Positions 18,040 through 28,138 of a stretch of 64,000 nt of DNA are shown here, piece after piece. The stretch is from an uncultured Gemmatimonadales bacterium (GTDB lineage Bacteria; Gemmatimonadota; Gemmatimonadetes; Longimicrobiales; RSA9): assembly GCA_963798845.1 (NCBI GenBank), contig CAWCUS010000006.1, forward strand, positions 704,001 to 768,000, read 5' to 3'. A program made the position numbers and the translations under genes. The notes below the pieces were generated by a model. The model was not told the DNA's origin, searched no databases, and saw only the letters and a program-made list of their open reading frames with translations. Every line of letters starts with the position of its first letter. Position 1 is the first letter of the stretch.

Positions 18040-21000
18040 CGGGAGGCGCCGCTGGCGTCTTCTTCGCCTCGGACGCTCCGGATCACCCCGAGGCGGCGGC
18101 GATCGCCGCGTGGCTCGAAGAGCGCTGCGACGGGGATGTCACGAAGGTCCGCCTCGACCGCCTCCTCGCGCAGGCGGGGGAGGCCGTCGTGTGGATCCAC
18201 GGCGTCGAGCCCGTTTCCCTCGACGCCCTCGGACGCGGCGGCGGAGCGCTCCTGCGCCGCGGAAGGCTTCTGCTCACCGGCGGCGCGGCCGCGCTGCCCT
18301 CCGAGTCGGGGCTCGAACCGGTGGCGCCCGGGGAGGCGGCCCGGCTCGAATGGCGAGACGACACCGACGATCTCCACCTGTTCCCGACCTTCTCGACGTA
18401 CCCGCGCATCCGCGGCCATGCCAGCTTCCGCGGCCACCCGCTTTTCAATGGGCTGGGGTCGGGCGCGTTCACCTGGGCGCCGGTCGACGGCGAGCCGTTC
18501 ACGAGGGTCGCCTACGTGATGCCGGCCTGGCCGCGGCGCGCCCGGGTCCTGGCCGTTGAGCGGAGCTACATCCACATCAACGCCGACCGCGCCACGATCT
18601 GGGAGATCGAGGGAGAGCAGGGCCGGGTCCTCTGCATCGGGTCGTACCTGCCGCTCGGCGAGGGGACCGGCGCGCTCCGGCTCAACGTCGAGCGGCTGAC
18701 CGCCAACGCGCTCGGTCGGGTGGCGGGAGCCACGGACGGCTCCGCCGCGTACGGCGGCGATGGCGGCGATGGCGGCGATGGCGGCGATGGCGGCGCGCGC
18801 GGCGCGGGGCACGCCTGGTCGATCCCGGTGGTGGAGGCGAGGGAGGATCCCTCGCTCGCCATGCCGGAGCTGCCGCTCCTCGAACGTGGCGTGGAGTCGA
18901 TCGAGTTCCCCCTGCGGGCGTCCGGGTCCGCCGCTGCGGACGCGCCGTTCACCCTGGCCGGGCGCCGGGCCTTCGTGTCCGGCCGGGAAGCGCGCGGGGT
19001 GGCCGAGGTTTGGGCCCACCCCGTGCGGCTCGCACGCGGACCCCGCCTCGAGGGCGCGCAGGCGGAGTCCGTCACCGTGACTCCGCTGGGCATCGAGCGG
19101 AAGCTCCGGCTCGGCCACCGGCTGGTACTGGAGCGGATCGTGGTTCCGCGCGACGTGCCGGCCTGCCTGCTGGAGTGGCAGGCCGTTGGCGGATCGGCGG
19201 AGATGGAGCTCGAATGGACGTCCGACCTCCGCCTGGCGTGGCCCTATCCAGCCACCGCCACCGCCCCGCTGCGCTGGCGGCGCGTCGCGCGCGGACTGGT
19301 GCTGGCGTCCGGCGCCGGGGACGAGGCCGCGTTCGCGTTCAACCGGGCACCGGAAGCACTGGAGGTCACGGACGCGACCGACGGCGACGCCGCCGCGGTA
19401 CGGGTCCGGGCTCGAGTTCGCCTCGGAGAGCACGAGCCCGTCAGGCTGGTCATGGTGGCGGCTCCACGCGGTGAGCTGTCCCGCGCGCTGCGTGGGGCAG
19501 GCCGGGCGGCCGCGTCCGCGCTGGCGAGGTCGGGGTCCACCGAGCGGCTCCTCTCGGAGCAGCTGTCGCTCGACGCGCCGGATCCCATGGCGACTCAGGC
19601 CGTGGAGTGGGCGAAGGTCCGGCTGGCGTCGTACCTCGTGGACACGCCCGGGCTCGGCCGATCCCTGGTGGCCGGGTACTGGGGCTCGGGCGAGGGGTGG
19701 TTCGGCCACGGGCGGCCGGGGTACGCATGGTACTTCGGCCGCGATGCCGTGTGGACCGCCCTGGCGTCGCTGGCCGCCGGCGACTTCGAAGCCGTGCGCG
19801 ACGTGCTTTCGTTCCTCGGCCGCCACCAGGCGCTCTCGGGGAAGATCCTCCACGAGTGCAGCACGAGCGGCGTCGTCCATTACGACTCCGCCGACGCCTC
19901 GCCGCTCTATCTCCTCCTCGTGGCACGGTACCTTGCCTGGTCCGGCGACATCCGCTTCGTTCAGGGCGAATGGCCCAGGGTGCGGGCGACGCTCGCCTAT
20001 TGCGTCTCCACCGACCGCGACGGCGATGGCCTGGTCGAGAACACGGGCGAGGGGCACGGGTGGGTCGAGTTCGGCCGGCTCGGCGGCGGCGACGTCACGT
20101 TCTACAACGCCGCCATCTGGAGCCGCGCGCTGCGCGAGATGGCCTGGACCGCGGAAGCGATCGGGCGCCCGGCCGAAGCCGCCGAGATCGGCCCCCTCGC
20201 CGACCGGGCCGACGCCTCGCTGGCGCGCACGTTCCTGGATCCGGCGACTGGCCTGTGGGCCGCGAGCGTGCTGCGCGGGGGCGACGCGGAGGAGGCGGGC
20301 TCGTGGCGTCGCCTGGCGATTCAGACGGCGACGCACGGCGTTCCGCTCCTGCTCGGGGCGGTGCAGGGCGACGCAATGGAGCGGTGGCTGGACGCGGTCG
20401 CCAGTGACCGCTTCACAGCCCCGTGGGGCGTGCGCATGCTGCCGACGGACGACCCGGACTACAACCCGATCAGCTATCACGGCGGCGCCGTATGGCCGCT
20501 CTTCACCGGGTGGACGAGCTGGGCGGAGTACGCGGCCGGGCGCGCGGAAGCGGGCTACCGGCACTGGCGGATGAACGTGGACCAGGTGTTCTGGCGCCAG
20601 CGCGGCGCATGGGACGAAGTACTGCACGGGACCGCGCGGGAAGGGCGGGGCGTGTGCCCGGACCAGGCGTGGTCCACGGCCATGGTGCTCAGCCCGCTGG
20701 TCTACGGGATGCTGGGCGCGGAGCCGGAGGCGGTTCGCGGCCGCCTCGTCCTCCGCCCGCGGCCGCCCGCAGCCTGGTCCAGGTTCAGCGTCCGGCACCT
20801 GCGCGTGGGCGGTGCGGCCGTGACCCTGGGCTATCGCCGGAGCGGCGGGGTGCACCGGTTCGACCTCGCCCAGGAGCGCGGGTCGCCGCCGCTCCAGGTC
20901 GTGCTGGCCCCGGAAGTGCCGGGGGCCCGCGTGGCCGGAGCCAGCGTGGATGGCGCGCCCGCCGAGCTCGACCCTGCGCGCGTCGGCGAGCGGTGGCGGG

Positions 21001-21059
21001 TTCCGGTCCAGCTCGTGCTGGACGCGGAGCGGTCGCTGGAAGTGACCATGGCTCTATGA
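18036..21059 (+). CDS. Large glycoside hydrolase (amylo-alpha-1,6-glucosidase/GH116-like) with an extra N-terminal domain
   Basis: YAWYFGRDAVW, GKILHE, YDSADASPLY, DRDGDGLVEN, YNPISYHGGAVWP, QAWS; GTGA overlap with the upstream hydrolase. Confidence 0.8.
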   Translation: MTGGAAGVFFASDAPDHPEAAAIAAWLEERCDGDVTKVRLDRLLAQAGEAVVWIHGVEPVSLDALGRGGGALLRRGRLLLTGGAAALPSESGLEPVAPGEAARLEWRDDTDDLHLFPTFSTYPRIRGHASFRGHPLFNGLGSGAFTWAPVDGEPFTRVAYVMPAWPRRARVLAVERSYIHINADRATIWEIEGEQGRVLCIGSYLPLGEGTGALRLNVERLTANALGRVAGATDGSAAYGGDGGDGGDGGDGGARGAGHAWSIPVVEAREDPSLAMPELPLLERGVESIEFPLRASGSAAADAPFTLAGRRAFVSGREARGVAEVWAHPVRLARGPRLEGAQAESVTVTPLGIERKLRLGHRLVLERIVVPRDVPACLLEWQAVGGSAEMELEWTSDLRLAWPYPATATAPLRWRRVARGLVLASGAGDEAAFAFNRAPEALEVTDATDGDAAAVRVRARVRLGEHEPVRLVMVAAPRGELSRALRGAGRAAASALARSGSTERLLSEQLSLDAPDPMATQAVEWAKVRLASYLVDTPGLGRSLVAGYWGSGEGWFGHGRPGYAWYFGRDAVWTALASLAAGDFEAVRDVLSFLGRHQALSGKILHECSTSGVVHYDSADASPLYLLLVARYLAWSGDIRFVQGEWPRVRATLAYCVSTDRDGDGLVENTGEGHGWVEFGRLGGGDVTFYNAAIWSRALREMAWTAEAIGRPAEAAEIGPLADRADASLARTFLDPATGLWAASVLRGGDAEEAGSWRRLAIQTATHGVPLLLGAVQGDAMERWLDAVASDRFTAPWGVRMLPTDDPDYNPISYHGGAVWPLFTGWTSWAEYAAGRAEAGYRHWRMNVDQVFWRQRGAWDEVLHGTAREGRGVCPDQAWSTAMVLSPLVYGMLGAEPEAVRGRLVLRPRPPAAWSRFSVRHLRVGGAAVTLGYRRSGGVHRFDLAQERGSPPLQVVLAPEVPGARVAGASVDGAPAELDPARVGERWRVPVQLVLDAERSLEVTMAL
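18753..18794 (+). repeat. In-frame 9-bp tandem repeat (GGCGGCGAT)x4 encoding a GGD linker
   Basis: Four perfect copies at 18753-18788 plus GGCGGC. Confidence 0.9.
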
Positions 21060-21150
21060 GACTCGTCGGAGTCGTGCTTCCACACTACGTTGCTGCGGCC
21101 GGGGCATTCCCCCGCGGGGGAACGCAACAGCGAAACGAACAGAGGCCAGG

Positions 21151-21819
21151 ATGCGGAAAGTGAAGGTCGGATGGCTCGGGGCCCTGATGCTTCTGACCGT
21201 GGCGGTGGCTCCGCTCTCGGCGCAGGCCGCGGTGGGCGTGCGGGCAGGGGTGCGCCGCGCGGGTCTGGAAGCGGCCGGATCCACCGGGAGCCTGGCCGGC
21301 GTCGTGGTGGGCGGCTACTTCGGGGTGGGGTTGTCCGACCACGTTGCACTCCAGCTGGAGGCCGTCTACGGCACCCGGGGCTCGACATCCGTTCACCTCG
21401 GAACGGGGCAGCTCGATCCGGCGGCTTCCGCATCCGAGCTGCGGATGCGCTACCTCGACGTGCCGGTACTCCTGCGAACCGGCTTCCCGGGCAGGCGGCT
21501 CATGCCGAGCTTTTTCGCGGGGCCGTACGCCGGATTCCTCCTCGGGTGCGAGATCACGCCCGCCACCGGCTCTGCCCGGAACTGCAGCGCCGGCGCTCCC
21601 GGGTCCGATGGCGGCGGGGCCACGTTCTCACCCAGGGCCACGGACTTCGGAATGGTGGTGGGCGGCGCGCTGGACGTGCTGATGGGGGAGAACAGCGTGT
21701 ACCTGGACGCGCGCTACACGCTCGGCATCCTGTCCATTCAGTCGGGGGACAACCCGATGGACGCCCGGCACAACGGTCTCGAGATCAGCGCCGGGTTCGC
21801 CTTCCCGCTCGGACGGTAG
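21151..21819 (+). CDS. Outer-membrane beta-barrel (porin family / OMP_b-brl_2-like)
   Basis: Signal peptide ending LSAQA; alternating beta strands; YLDVPVLLR, FAGPYAGF, LDARYTLG, terminal AGFAFPLGR. Confidence 0.82.
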   Translation: MRKVKVGWLGALMLLTVAVAPLSAQAAVGVRAGVRRAGLEAAGSTGSLAGVVVGGYFGVGLSDHVALQLEAVYGTRGSTSVHLGTGQLDPAASASELRMRYLDVPVLLRTGFPGRRLMPSFFAGPYAGFLLGCEITPATGSARNCSAGAPGSDGGGATFSPRATDFGMVVGGALDVLMGENSVYLDARYTLGILSIQSGDNPMDARHNGLEISAGFAFPLGR

Positions 21820-21849
21820 CGGGGTCCGGCCGGGCCGGTCGAACCGGGC

Positions 21850-21885
21850 AAAACGAGGAGCGCCCGGCGTTCGGGCCGGGCGCTC
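21850..21885 (-). terminator. Intrinsic terminator-like hairpin between convergent genes
   Basis: GAGCGCCCGGC (21858-21868) pairs with GCCGGGCGCTC (21875-21885); CTCGTTTT follows on the minus strand. Confidence 0.6.
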
Positions 21886-21912
21886 TGGTGAAGCCGGATG
21901 TGTCGGCGGTGG

Positions 21913-22101
21913 TCAGCTCTGCCTCAGCCACCCGCCCTCAGACAGAAGCTCCTTCACCTTTGCAGGTCGGTCACCGAGCGTGGTGCGGACAACGGACCGG
22001 GCATAGCTGATCCGGTCGTCGTCTGAGAGCTGGGTCACGACGCCGATGGGAGCGCCGTACCGGAGCAGCAGCCGCTTTGCATCCTTGGCCACCTCGTCCA
22101 T
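21913..22101 (-). CDS. Small hypothetical protein (62 aa)
   Basis: AGGAGG RBS before ATG 22101; MDEVAKDAKRLLLRYGAP...LLSEGGWLRQS; hairpin downstream. Confidence 0.7.
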   Translation of the reverse strand: MDEVAKDAKRLLLRYGAPIGVVTQLSDDDRISYARSVVRTTLGDRPAKVKELLSEGGWLRQS

Positions 22102-22177
22102 GGATCCTCCTGAAGTCGGGATCGGAAGGGAACGAACAAAAATAATCGAATTCCGCCGGCTGATCAACTGGGCGGTA

Positions 22178-23455
22178 ATGGCCACGGCCGCGCTCGCCGC
22201 CTGCGGGAGGGGTGGGGGTGAGTGCCTCCGCGCCGTTTCCTGGGCCGACTACCGCGAGCTGGGGCTGGACCGCGCGGTGGTGGACTCCTTCCGCGTCCGG
22301 CACCCGGGGATCCCCGTGTGCATGGAGTCGCTGGAAGGGTCCGGGATCTACCGTGAGAAGGTCCTGATCTCCATCGCCGGTGGAGTTCCGCCGGGGGTTT
22401 TCCTGATGGACGGGATCGACATCCCGGCGTTCGTGAATCGCGGCGTGCTTCTCGATCTGTCGCCGTACGTGGGTCGGGTGGGGGTGGACCTGTCGGCCTA
22501 CGATCCCAGGGTCCTTTCGCTGTTCAGGACGCCGAAGCCGGATGGCGACAGCGCGCTCTGGGCGTTCCCGAAGGACTTCACGCCCATGGTGATGTACTAC
22601 AACAAGGACGTTTTCGACGCGGCCGGGGTTCCGTATCCGAGGGCCGGCTGGACGTGGGCGGAGTTCCTGGACACGGCGCGTCGCCTGACACGGGACACGG
22701 ATGGGGATGGCGAGCCGGACGTCTGGGGCTTCGGCTGGCCCCGCGACTTCTTCTATCTCCAGGCGTGGATCTGGGCCGGTGGCGGCGAGCTGCTGGGTCC
22801 GGCGCCGGGAGGCGGCTACCGCGCCACGGGCTACCTGGACTCACCCACGACCGAAGCCGCCGTCTCCTACTACCTCGACCTGGTGCGGCGGTGGGGCGTG
22901 GCTCCCCGGGTGGAGATGTTCCGCCGCGGGCTGGGAGGGCTGAGCCGGATGTTCTACAGCGGGCAGGTGGCCATGCTCCAGTCGGGTCACTGGATCGGCC
23001 CCACGCTGGCGCCGCAGGAAGCGGCGGGGCGGCTCCGTTATGGAGTGGTGCCGATGCCCACGCGGGCGGGCGTTTCCCCTGTCACCGTGCTGTACGCCGC
23101 CGGCTGGGCGGTGCCGAAGTCGGCGGAACACCGTCGCCGGGCGGTGGAGCTGGCGGCGTTCCTGTCGTCCGCGACGGCGCAGCGGGTGAGGGCGCGCAGC
23201 GGTCTCGCGGTGCCGTCCATGCCCGCCGTGGCAGAGGAGATGGCGGCGGGGGACAGCACCGGTCGCGAGCGCGTGTTCCTGGATGCCGTACCGACGGGAC
23301 GCAACACGTGGGGGGCGAAGGTGGAGAAGTGGCGTGAGGTGCAGGACCTCCTGTTCGACCTTCTCGACCGGCCGCTCGTGGCGGGGGAGCCGGTGAGTGA
23401 GGTCGCCCACGACCTGGCCGTTCGCATCGACGGTCTGCTGGCGGAGCACCCGTGA
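22178..23455 (+). CDS. Sugar ABC transporter substrate-binding lipoprotein
   Basis: Lipobox LAAC; PKDFTPMVMYYNKDVFDAAGVPYP, WTWAEFLD, FYSGQVAM, GWAV; true start may lie about 35 nt upstream. Confidence 0.88.
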   Translation: MATAALAACGRGGGECLRAVSWADYRELGLDRAVVDSFRVRHPGIPVCMESLEGSGIYREKVLISIAGGVPPGVFLMDGIDIPAFVNRGVLLDLSPYVGRVGVDLSAYDPRVLSLFRTPKPDGDSALWAFPKDFTPMVMYYNKDVFDAAGVPYPRAGWTWAEFLDTARRLTRDTDGDGEPDVWGFGWPRDFFYLQAWIWAGGGELLGPAPGGGYRATGYLDSPTTEAAVSYYLDLVRRWGVAPRVEMFRRGLGGLSRMFYSGQVAMLQSGHWIGPTLAPQEAAGRLRYGVVPMPTRAGVSPVTVLYAAGWAVPKSAEHRRRAVELAAFLSSATAQRVRARSGLAVPSMPAVAEEMAAGDSTGRERVFLDAVPTGRNTWGAKVEKWREVQDLLFDLLDRPLVAGEPVSEVAHDLAVRIDGLLAEHP

Positions 23456-25044
23456 CCGGCCGGGCCGTCCGGCGGTGGCTGATCCTCGGTCCGATGGCGC
23501 TGGCGGCCTTGCTGATGTCGGGGCTCGTGGGTGCGCACGCGCGCGCCCACCGGGCGGCGGCGGACGCGGCGGTGGCCACGGCCACGGCGGAGCGGTGGCG
23601 GGAGCTGATGCAGGATACAGCGGTCGTGAACGTCTCGTTCTCGGTCCGCGCGACCGACTCACCGGCGCGTGAGCTCTACAATGTAGCGATCTACCGGCGC
23701 TCGGAAGCCGGGTTCCAGCTGGGCGCCGCATCCGGGCGGCAGGACCCGGCGGACACGCTGCGCCGGCTCCCGTCGCGTCTGCCCCAGGACGTGGTCGCCC
23801 GATTGATCCGGCTCGATCGGGCGTTCGAGGTCCGCCTGGACGGCCGCGCTGCTGCCGTTGCGCCGCTCGAGGACGCGACGAGGTGGGAGGTGGTCGGCGC
23901 GGTGGCGGCGGCGCAGCGGCAGCGGCTCCCGGCGCGCGTCCCGGGATGGCCGCTCCTGCTGGGCGCGGTCGCGGTGTCGCTCGGCTGGCTCGCGCTGCGG
24001 AGTTACGGGGCGCGTCCCACCTGGGCCAGCGCGGCGGCCGTCGTGGCGCCCGGCGCCGCCCTCGGCGCTTCCGTGTCGCTGCTGGCGCCAGGAGCGGCGC
24101 CGGGGGTGGGCATCGTGACCGTGGCGTGGCTGGCGTTGGCGGGGGTGGGCGTGTCACTCCTGCCGCTGGAGCGTCAGCCGCTCGCGCTGCGGGAAGCGGC
24201 GACCGGGTGGGCCTTCCTCGCGCCATCGCTGGTCCACCTGCTGGTGTTCTCCGTGGGGCCCATCGCGTTCGCGCTCTGGCTCAGCTTCCATCGCTGGAAC
24301 CTGGTCGAGCCCGCCCGTCCGTTCGTCGGGCTCGCGAACTACGTCGAGCTCGCGGGTGACGGAGCGTTCCTGCGGTCGCTCGCCAACACCGCCCTCTATG
24401 TCCTCTTCGTCCCCGTGGGCATGGCCGTGGCGCTGGCGCTGGCTCTGCTGGTGAACCGTCCGTTCCGGGGCGTGCGCGTGGTCCGCGCAATCCTGTTCCT
24501 CCCCTACATCACCAGCTTCGTCGCCATCAGCCTGGTCTGGAAGTGGATGTACGAGCCCGACTTCGGGCTGTTCAACCTGGTGCTGGGCCGGCTGGGGCTG
24601 GGTGGGCTGCCATGGCTGTCGTCGCCCGCCACGGCCATGCTGTCGCTGCAGATCATGGGCGTGTGGATGTACGCGGGCTACATGATGATCCTCTTCCTGG
24701 CCGGCCTGCAGGCGATCCCGGAGAGCCTGTACGAGAGCGCGCGAATGGACGGGGCGGGGCCGTGGCAGCGATTCCGGCACATCACGCTCCCGCTGCTCCG
24801 CCCCACCACGTTCTTCGTCCTGGTCACGATGGTCATCTTCATGTTCCAGGTCTTCACGGCAGTCTACGTCATGACGGAGGGCGGACCGCTGCACGCGACC
24901 GACGTCATCGTCTACCACATCTATCGGAACGCATGGGAGTACCTGCGGATGGGGTATGCCTCGGCCATGGCCTGGGTGCTTTTCGCGGTGGTGTTCCTGC
25001 TCACGATGATGCAGTGGCGATGGATCGGGAGGGAGCGGGTGTGA
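23452..25044 (+). CDS. Carbohydrate ABC transporter permease with a long N-terminal extension
   Basis: C-terminal half FVGLANY, LAGLQAIPESLYESARMDGA...ITLPLL, MGYASAMAW; about 240 extra N-terminal residues. Confidence 0.88.
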   Translation: MTGRAVRRWLILGPMALAALLMSGLVGAHARAHRAAADAAVATATAERWRELMQDTAVVNVSFSVRATDSPARELYNVAIYRRSEAGFQLGAASGRQDPADTLRRLPSRLPQDVVARLIRLDRAFEVRLDGRAAAVAPLEDATRWEVVGAVAAAQRQRLPARVPGWPLLLGAVAVSLGWLALRSYGARPTWASAAAVVAPGAALGASVSLLAPGAAPGVGIVTVAWLALAGVGVSLLPLERQPLALREAATGWAFLAPSLVHLLVFSVGPIAFALWLSFHRWNLVEPARPFVGLANYVELAGDGAFLRSLANTALYVLFVPVGMAVALALALLVNRPFRGVRVVRAILFLPYITSFVAISLVWKWMYEPDFGLFNLVLGRLGLGGLPWLSSPATAMLSLQIMGVWMYAGYMMILFLAGLQAIPESLYESARMDGAGPWQRFRHITLPLLRPTTFFVLVTMVIFMFQVFTAVYVMTEGGPLHATDVIVYHIYRNAWEYLRMGYASAMAWVLFAVVFLLTMMQWRWIGRERV

Positions 25045-25102
25045 GAGTCACGGCGTGCAGCACGGGCAGGTCGCGCAGCACGGCGGGTGCGAGGAGGTGC
25101 GC

Positions 25103-25955
25103 GTGACGCGGATCGGGCGAGGAGGCGGCGACGGTGCCGCAGGTTGGCGCGGCGTCCTGGCCTACGCGCTGCTGATCGTGGTGGCGCTCACGATGCTCGC
25201 GCCATTCCTCTACATGGTCAGCACGTCCCTCATGGACGAGCTGGAGGTCTTTCGTTTTCCGCCGCCGCTTCTGCCCGCCCACCCGCGCTGGCGGAACTAC
25301 CCGGAGGCGCTTACCGCGTTGCCGTTCGGCCGCTTCTTTCTGGTCTCCGGCGTGACCAGCGTCACGGTGGTGCTGGGCACGCTCCTGTCCTCCGCGACAG
25401 CGGGGTACGCCTTCGCGCGACTGGAGTTCCCGGGTCGTGACCGGGTTTTCCTGCTCTACCTCTCGACGCTCATGGTGCCGGGAATCGTGCTGCTCATCCC
25501 CCGCTTCCTGCTGGTCAATGCGCTGGGATGGGTGGACACCTTCCGCGGGCTGATCGTCACCGAGCTGGTGCAGGTCTGGGGGATCTTCCTCCTGCGGCAG
25601 TACTTCCTCTCCGTTCCCCGCGACCTGGAGGACGCGGCCCGGATCAATGGGGCGAGCGAATGGCGGGTGTTCACCCGCATAGCCCTCCCGCTGGCACGTC
25701 CGGCGCTCGCGACCGTCGCGCTCTTCATCTTCGTGGACCAGTGGAAGGGCTTCCTCTGGCCGCTCATCGTGACCCGCTCCATGGACATGCGGCCAGTGGA
25801 GGTGGGGATCGCCCGCTTCGCCGGGATCTACTACGCCAACTGGCCGTATCAGAATGGCGGTGTCCGTGCTGGCGATCCTGCCGATCCTGGTGCTGTTCCT
25901 GTTCGCGCAGCGGTACTTCATCCGGGGCATTCAGCTCACCGGTCTGAAGGGTTAG
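25103..25955 (+). CDS. Carbohydrate ABC transporter permease (one apparent 1-bp insertion near 25852)
   Basis: GAGGAGG then [31 protein letters not shown] with one A removed restores [37 protein letters not shown]. Confidence 0.85.
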
Positions 25956-26054
25956 CCGGTCTCCAGGGAAGGGGCGGGGCCTCCGTCTTGCGGGCCGTGA
26001 CACTCCGGCCAAGGTTGAACGCCAGGTCCACCGATTCCCGACGGAGCAGAACCC

Positions 26055-28059
26055 ATGCGTCGCCTGATGATCCCCCTCCTCGCGCTCGCGGCAGCCGGGT
26101 GCGCATCCAATCCTCCCGCCACCGCGGCGCCACCGCCCGTGGCCGGTGGGATGCCGGCGGAGTCGGCGGGCGCGCGCCCGGTGCCGTATCCGGTGATCCC
26201 GCCGCCGTCGTTCGAAGGGGCCGTGTCCCGCAACACGCGCACGACATTCTGGGGAGCCCGGGTCTGCGTACTGGGAGCAGTGGGCGGAGTACGCCATCGA
26301 GGCCCGGGTGGACGTGGAGGCAAAGACGCTGGACGGCTCCGAGACCATCCGATACCACAACCACGCCCCGACGCCTCTGGCCGTGCTCGTGCTGAACGTG
26401 ACGCAGAACGTGCATGCCGAGGGAGTTGTGAGAAACGGGCCGGCCGAGGTGACCGGGGGGATGAACATCCGGCGGGTGGCGGTGAACGGGGAGGAGCTGG
26501 GGAAGACGGACAGCGAGCGCAACCCGGGGTGGGCGGTGGATGGCACGGTGATGTACATCGTTCCGCCTGACCCGGTGCAGCCGGGGGACACCGTCGACCT
26601 GGCGCTGGATTTCGATTTCAAGCTGCCGCAGTCGGGCGTGGGCGGACGCATGGGGTACAGCCACGACAACCTGCTGTACCTCGGCTACTGGTACCCCCAG
26701 ATGGCGGTCTACGACGACGTCATCGGCTGGCACGCCGAGCCGTTCCGGGGCAACGCCGAGTTCTACGCCGACTTCGGCGATTACGACGTAACCGTGGACG
26801 CGCCCGCGGGCTGGCTGGTCATGGGGACCGGGACCCTGGACAACGCCGACGAAGTGCTCCAGGGGGACGTCGTCCGGCGGCTCAGGCGGGCGGAGTCGAG
26901 CGACTCGATCATCCACGTGGTCACGCACGACGCCGGCGCGCATGCCACCGCGGACTCACCCGACGGCCGACTCAGCTGGCACTTCGAGGCCGACAGCGTC
27001 CACGACGTGGCGTTCGCCGTGATGAAGGACTTCGCCTGGGACGCCGCCCGCACGGACGTGGGCGACCGCGATGGCGACGGCCACGCCGACTACGCGCGCG
27101 TGGACGCATTCTGGCGACGGAACGCGCAGACGTGGGCGGAGGCGGCGCGCTTCGCGCAGCAGTCCATCGCCTTCCACTCCCGGTTCACCGGACTGTCGTA
27201 CGCGTGGCCGCACATGAGCGCCGTGGAGGGCGGCGGAATCATCGGGGGCGGGATGGAGTTCCCGATGATGACGCTGATCGGGGCGTACGAAGGGCGTTCG
27301 GACACGGCGCTGTACAGCGTGGTGGCGCACGAGCTGGGGCACGAGTGGCTGCCGATGATGGTCAGCTCGAACGAGCGTCGCTACGCGTGGATGGACGAAG
27401 GCACGACGACGTTCCTCGAGGACAACGCACAGGCCAGCTTCTATCCAGGGTCCGAGCCGTTCCTGAACGAGCAGCAGACGTACCTGCAGGTGGCGAAGGC
27501 GAGGGCGGAAGGGCCGATCATGCGCTGGTCCGACTTCCAGTACCCGGGTCCCGCCTACGGCGTGGCGTCGTATCCGAAGCCCGCATCGGTGCTTCACGCG
27601 CTCACGGGCGTCCTGGGCGAGGACACGTTCAACAAGGCGTTCCGCGCGTTCTTCGAGCGGTGGGCGTTCAAGCACCCCTACCCGTGGGACCTGTTCAACA
27701 CGTTCGAGGACGTGAGCGGTCGCGACCTGGACTGGTTCTGGCGCAGCTGGTACTACGAGAGCAGCGGGGACGGGAAATGGTGGCTCGACCAGGCGGTGTC
27801 GGACGTGACCCGGCTCGCGGACGGGCAGACCCGGGTCACGGTCCGGAACATCGGCTGGATCCCCATGCCGGTGCCGCTCACGGTCACGCGCGGGTCCGCC
27901 ACGAGCACCCGCACGGTTCCGGTGGACGCGTGGCTCGACGGAGCGGCCGCCGTCACGATCACGCTTCCCGCGGGCGATCCGGTGACGCGCGTAGAGATCG
28001 ACGCGGACCATTTCTTCCCCGACATCGATCGCTCCAACAACGTGTGGACCGGTGGCTGA
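26055..28059 (+). CDS. M1 family metallopeptidase, lipoprotein (apparent frameshift near 26247)
   Basis: Lipobox AAGC in ORF 26055; removing one base near 26247 joins NTRT-SGEPGSAYWEQW to ORF 26308; GGMEFP, HELGHEW...WMDEG gluzincin motifs. Confidence 0.88.
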
Positions 28060-28138
28060 GCCCCGCGGCCGGGAGGTCCGTGACGAGCGTCCGCGGGTTG
28101 CAGCGGAGCCGACGAGGCGCAGTCGCAGGGGACGGTGA

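Noticed and set aside
17802..20855. 1017-aa minus-strand ORF (and similar long ORFs at 51782..54535, 29320..30861, 42537..44255)
   Set aside because: Antisense shadows of well-supported genes; Arg/Pro/Ala-rich with no motifs, as expected at this GC content.
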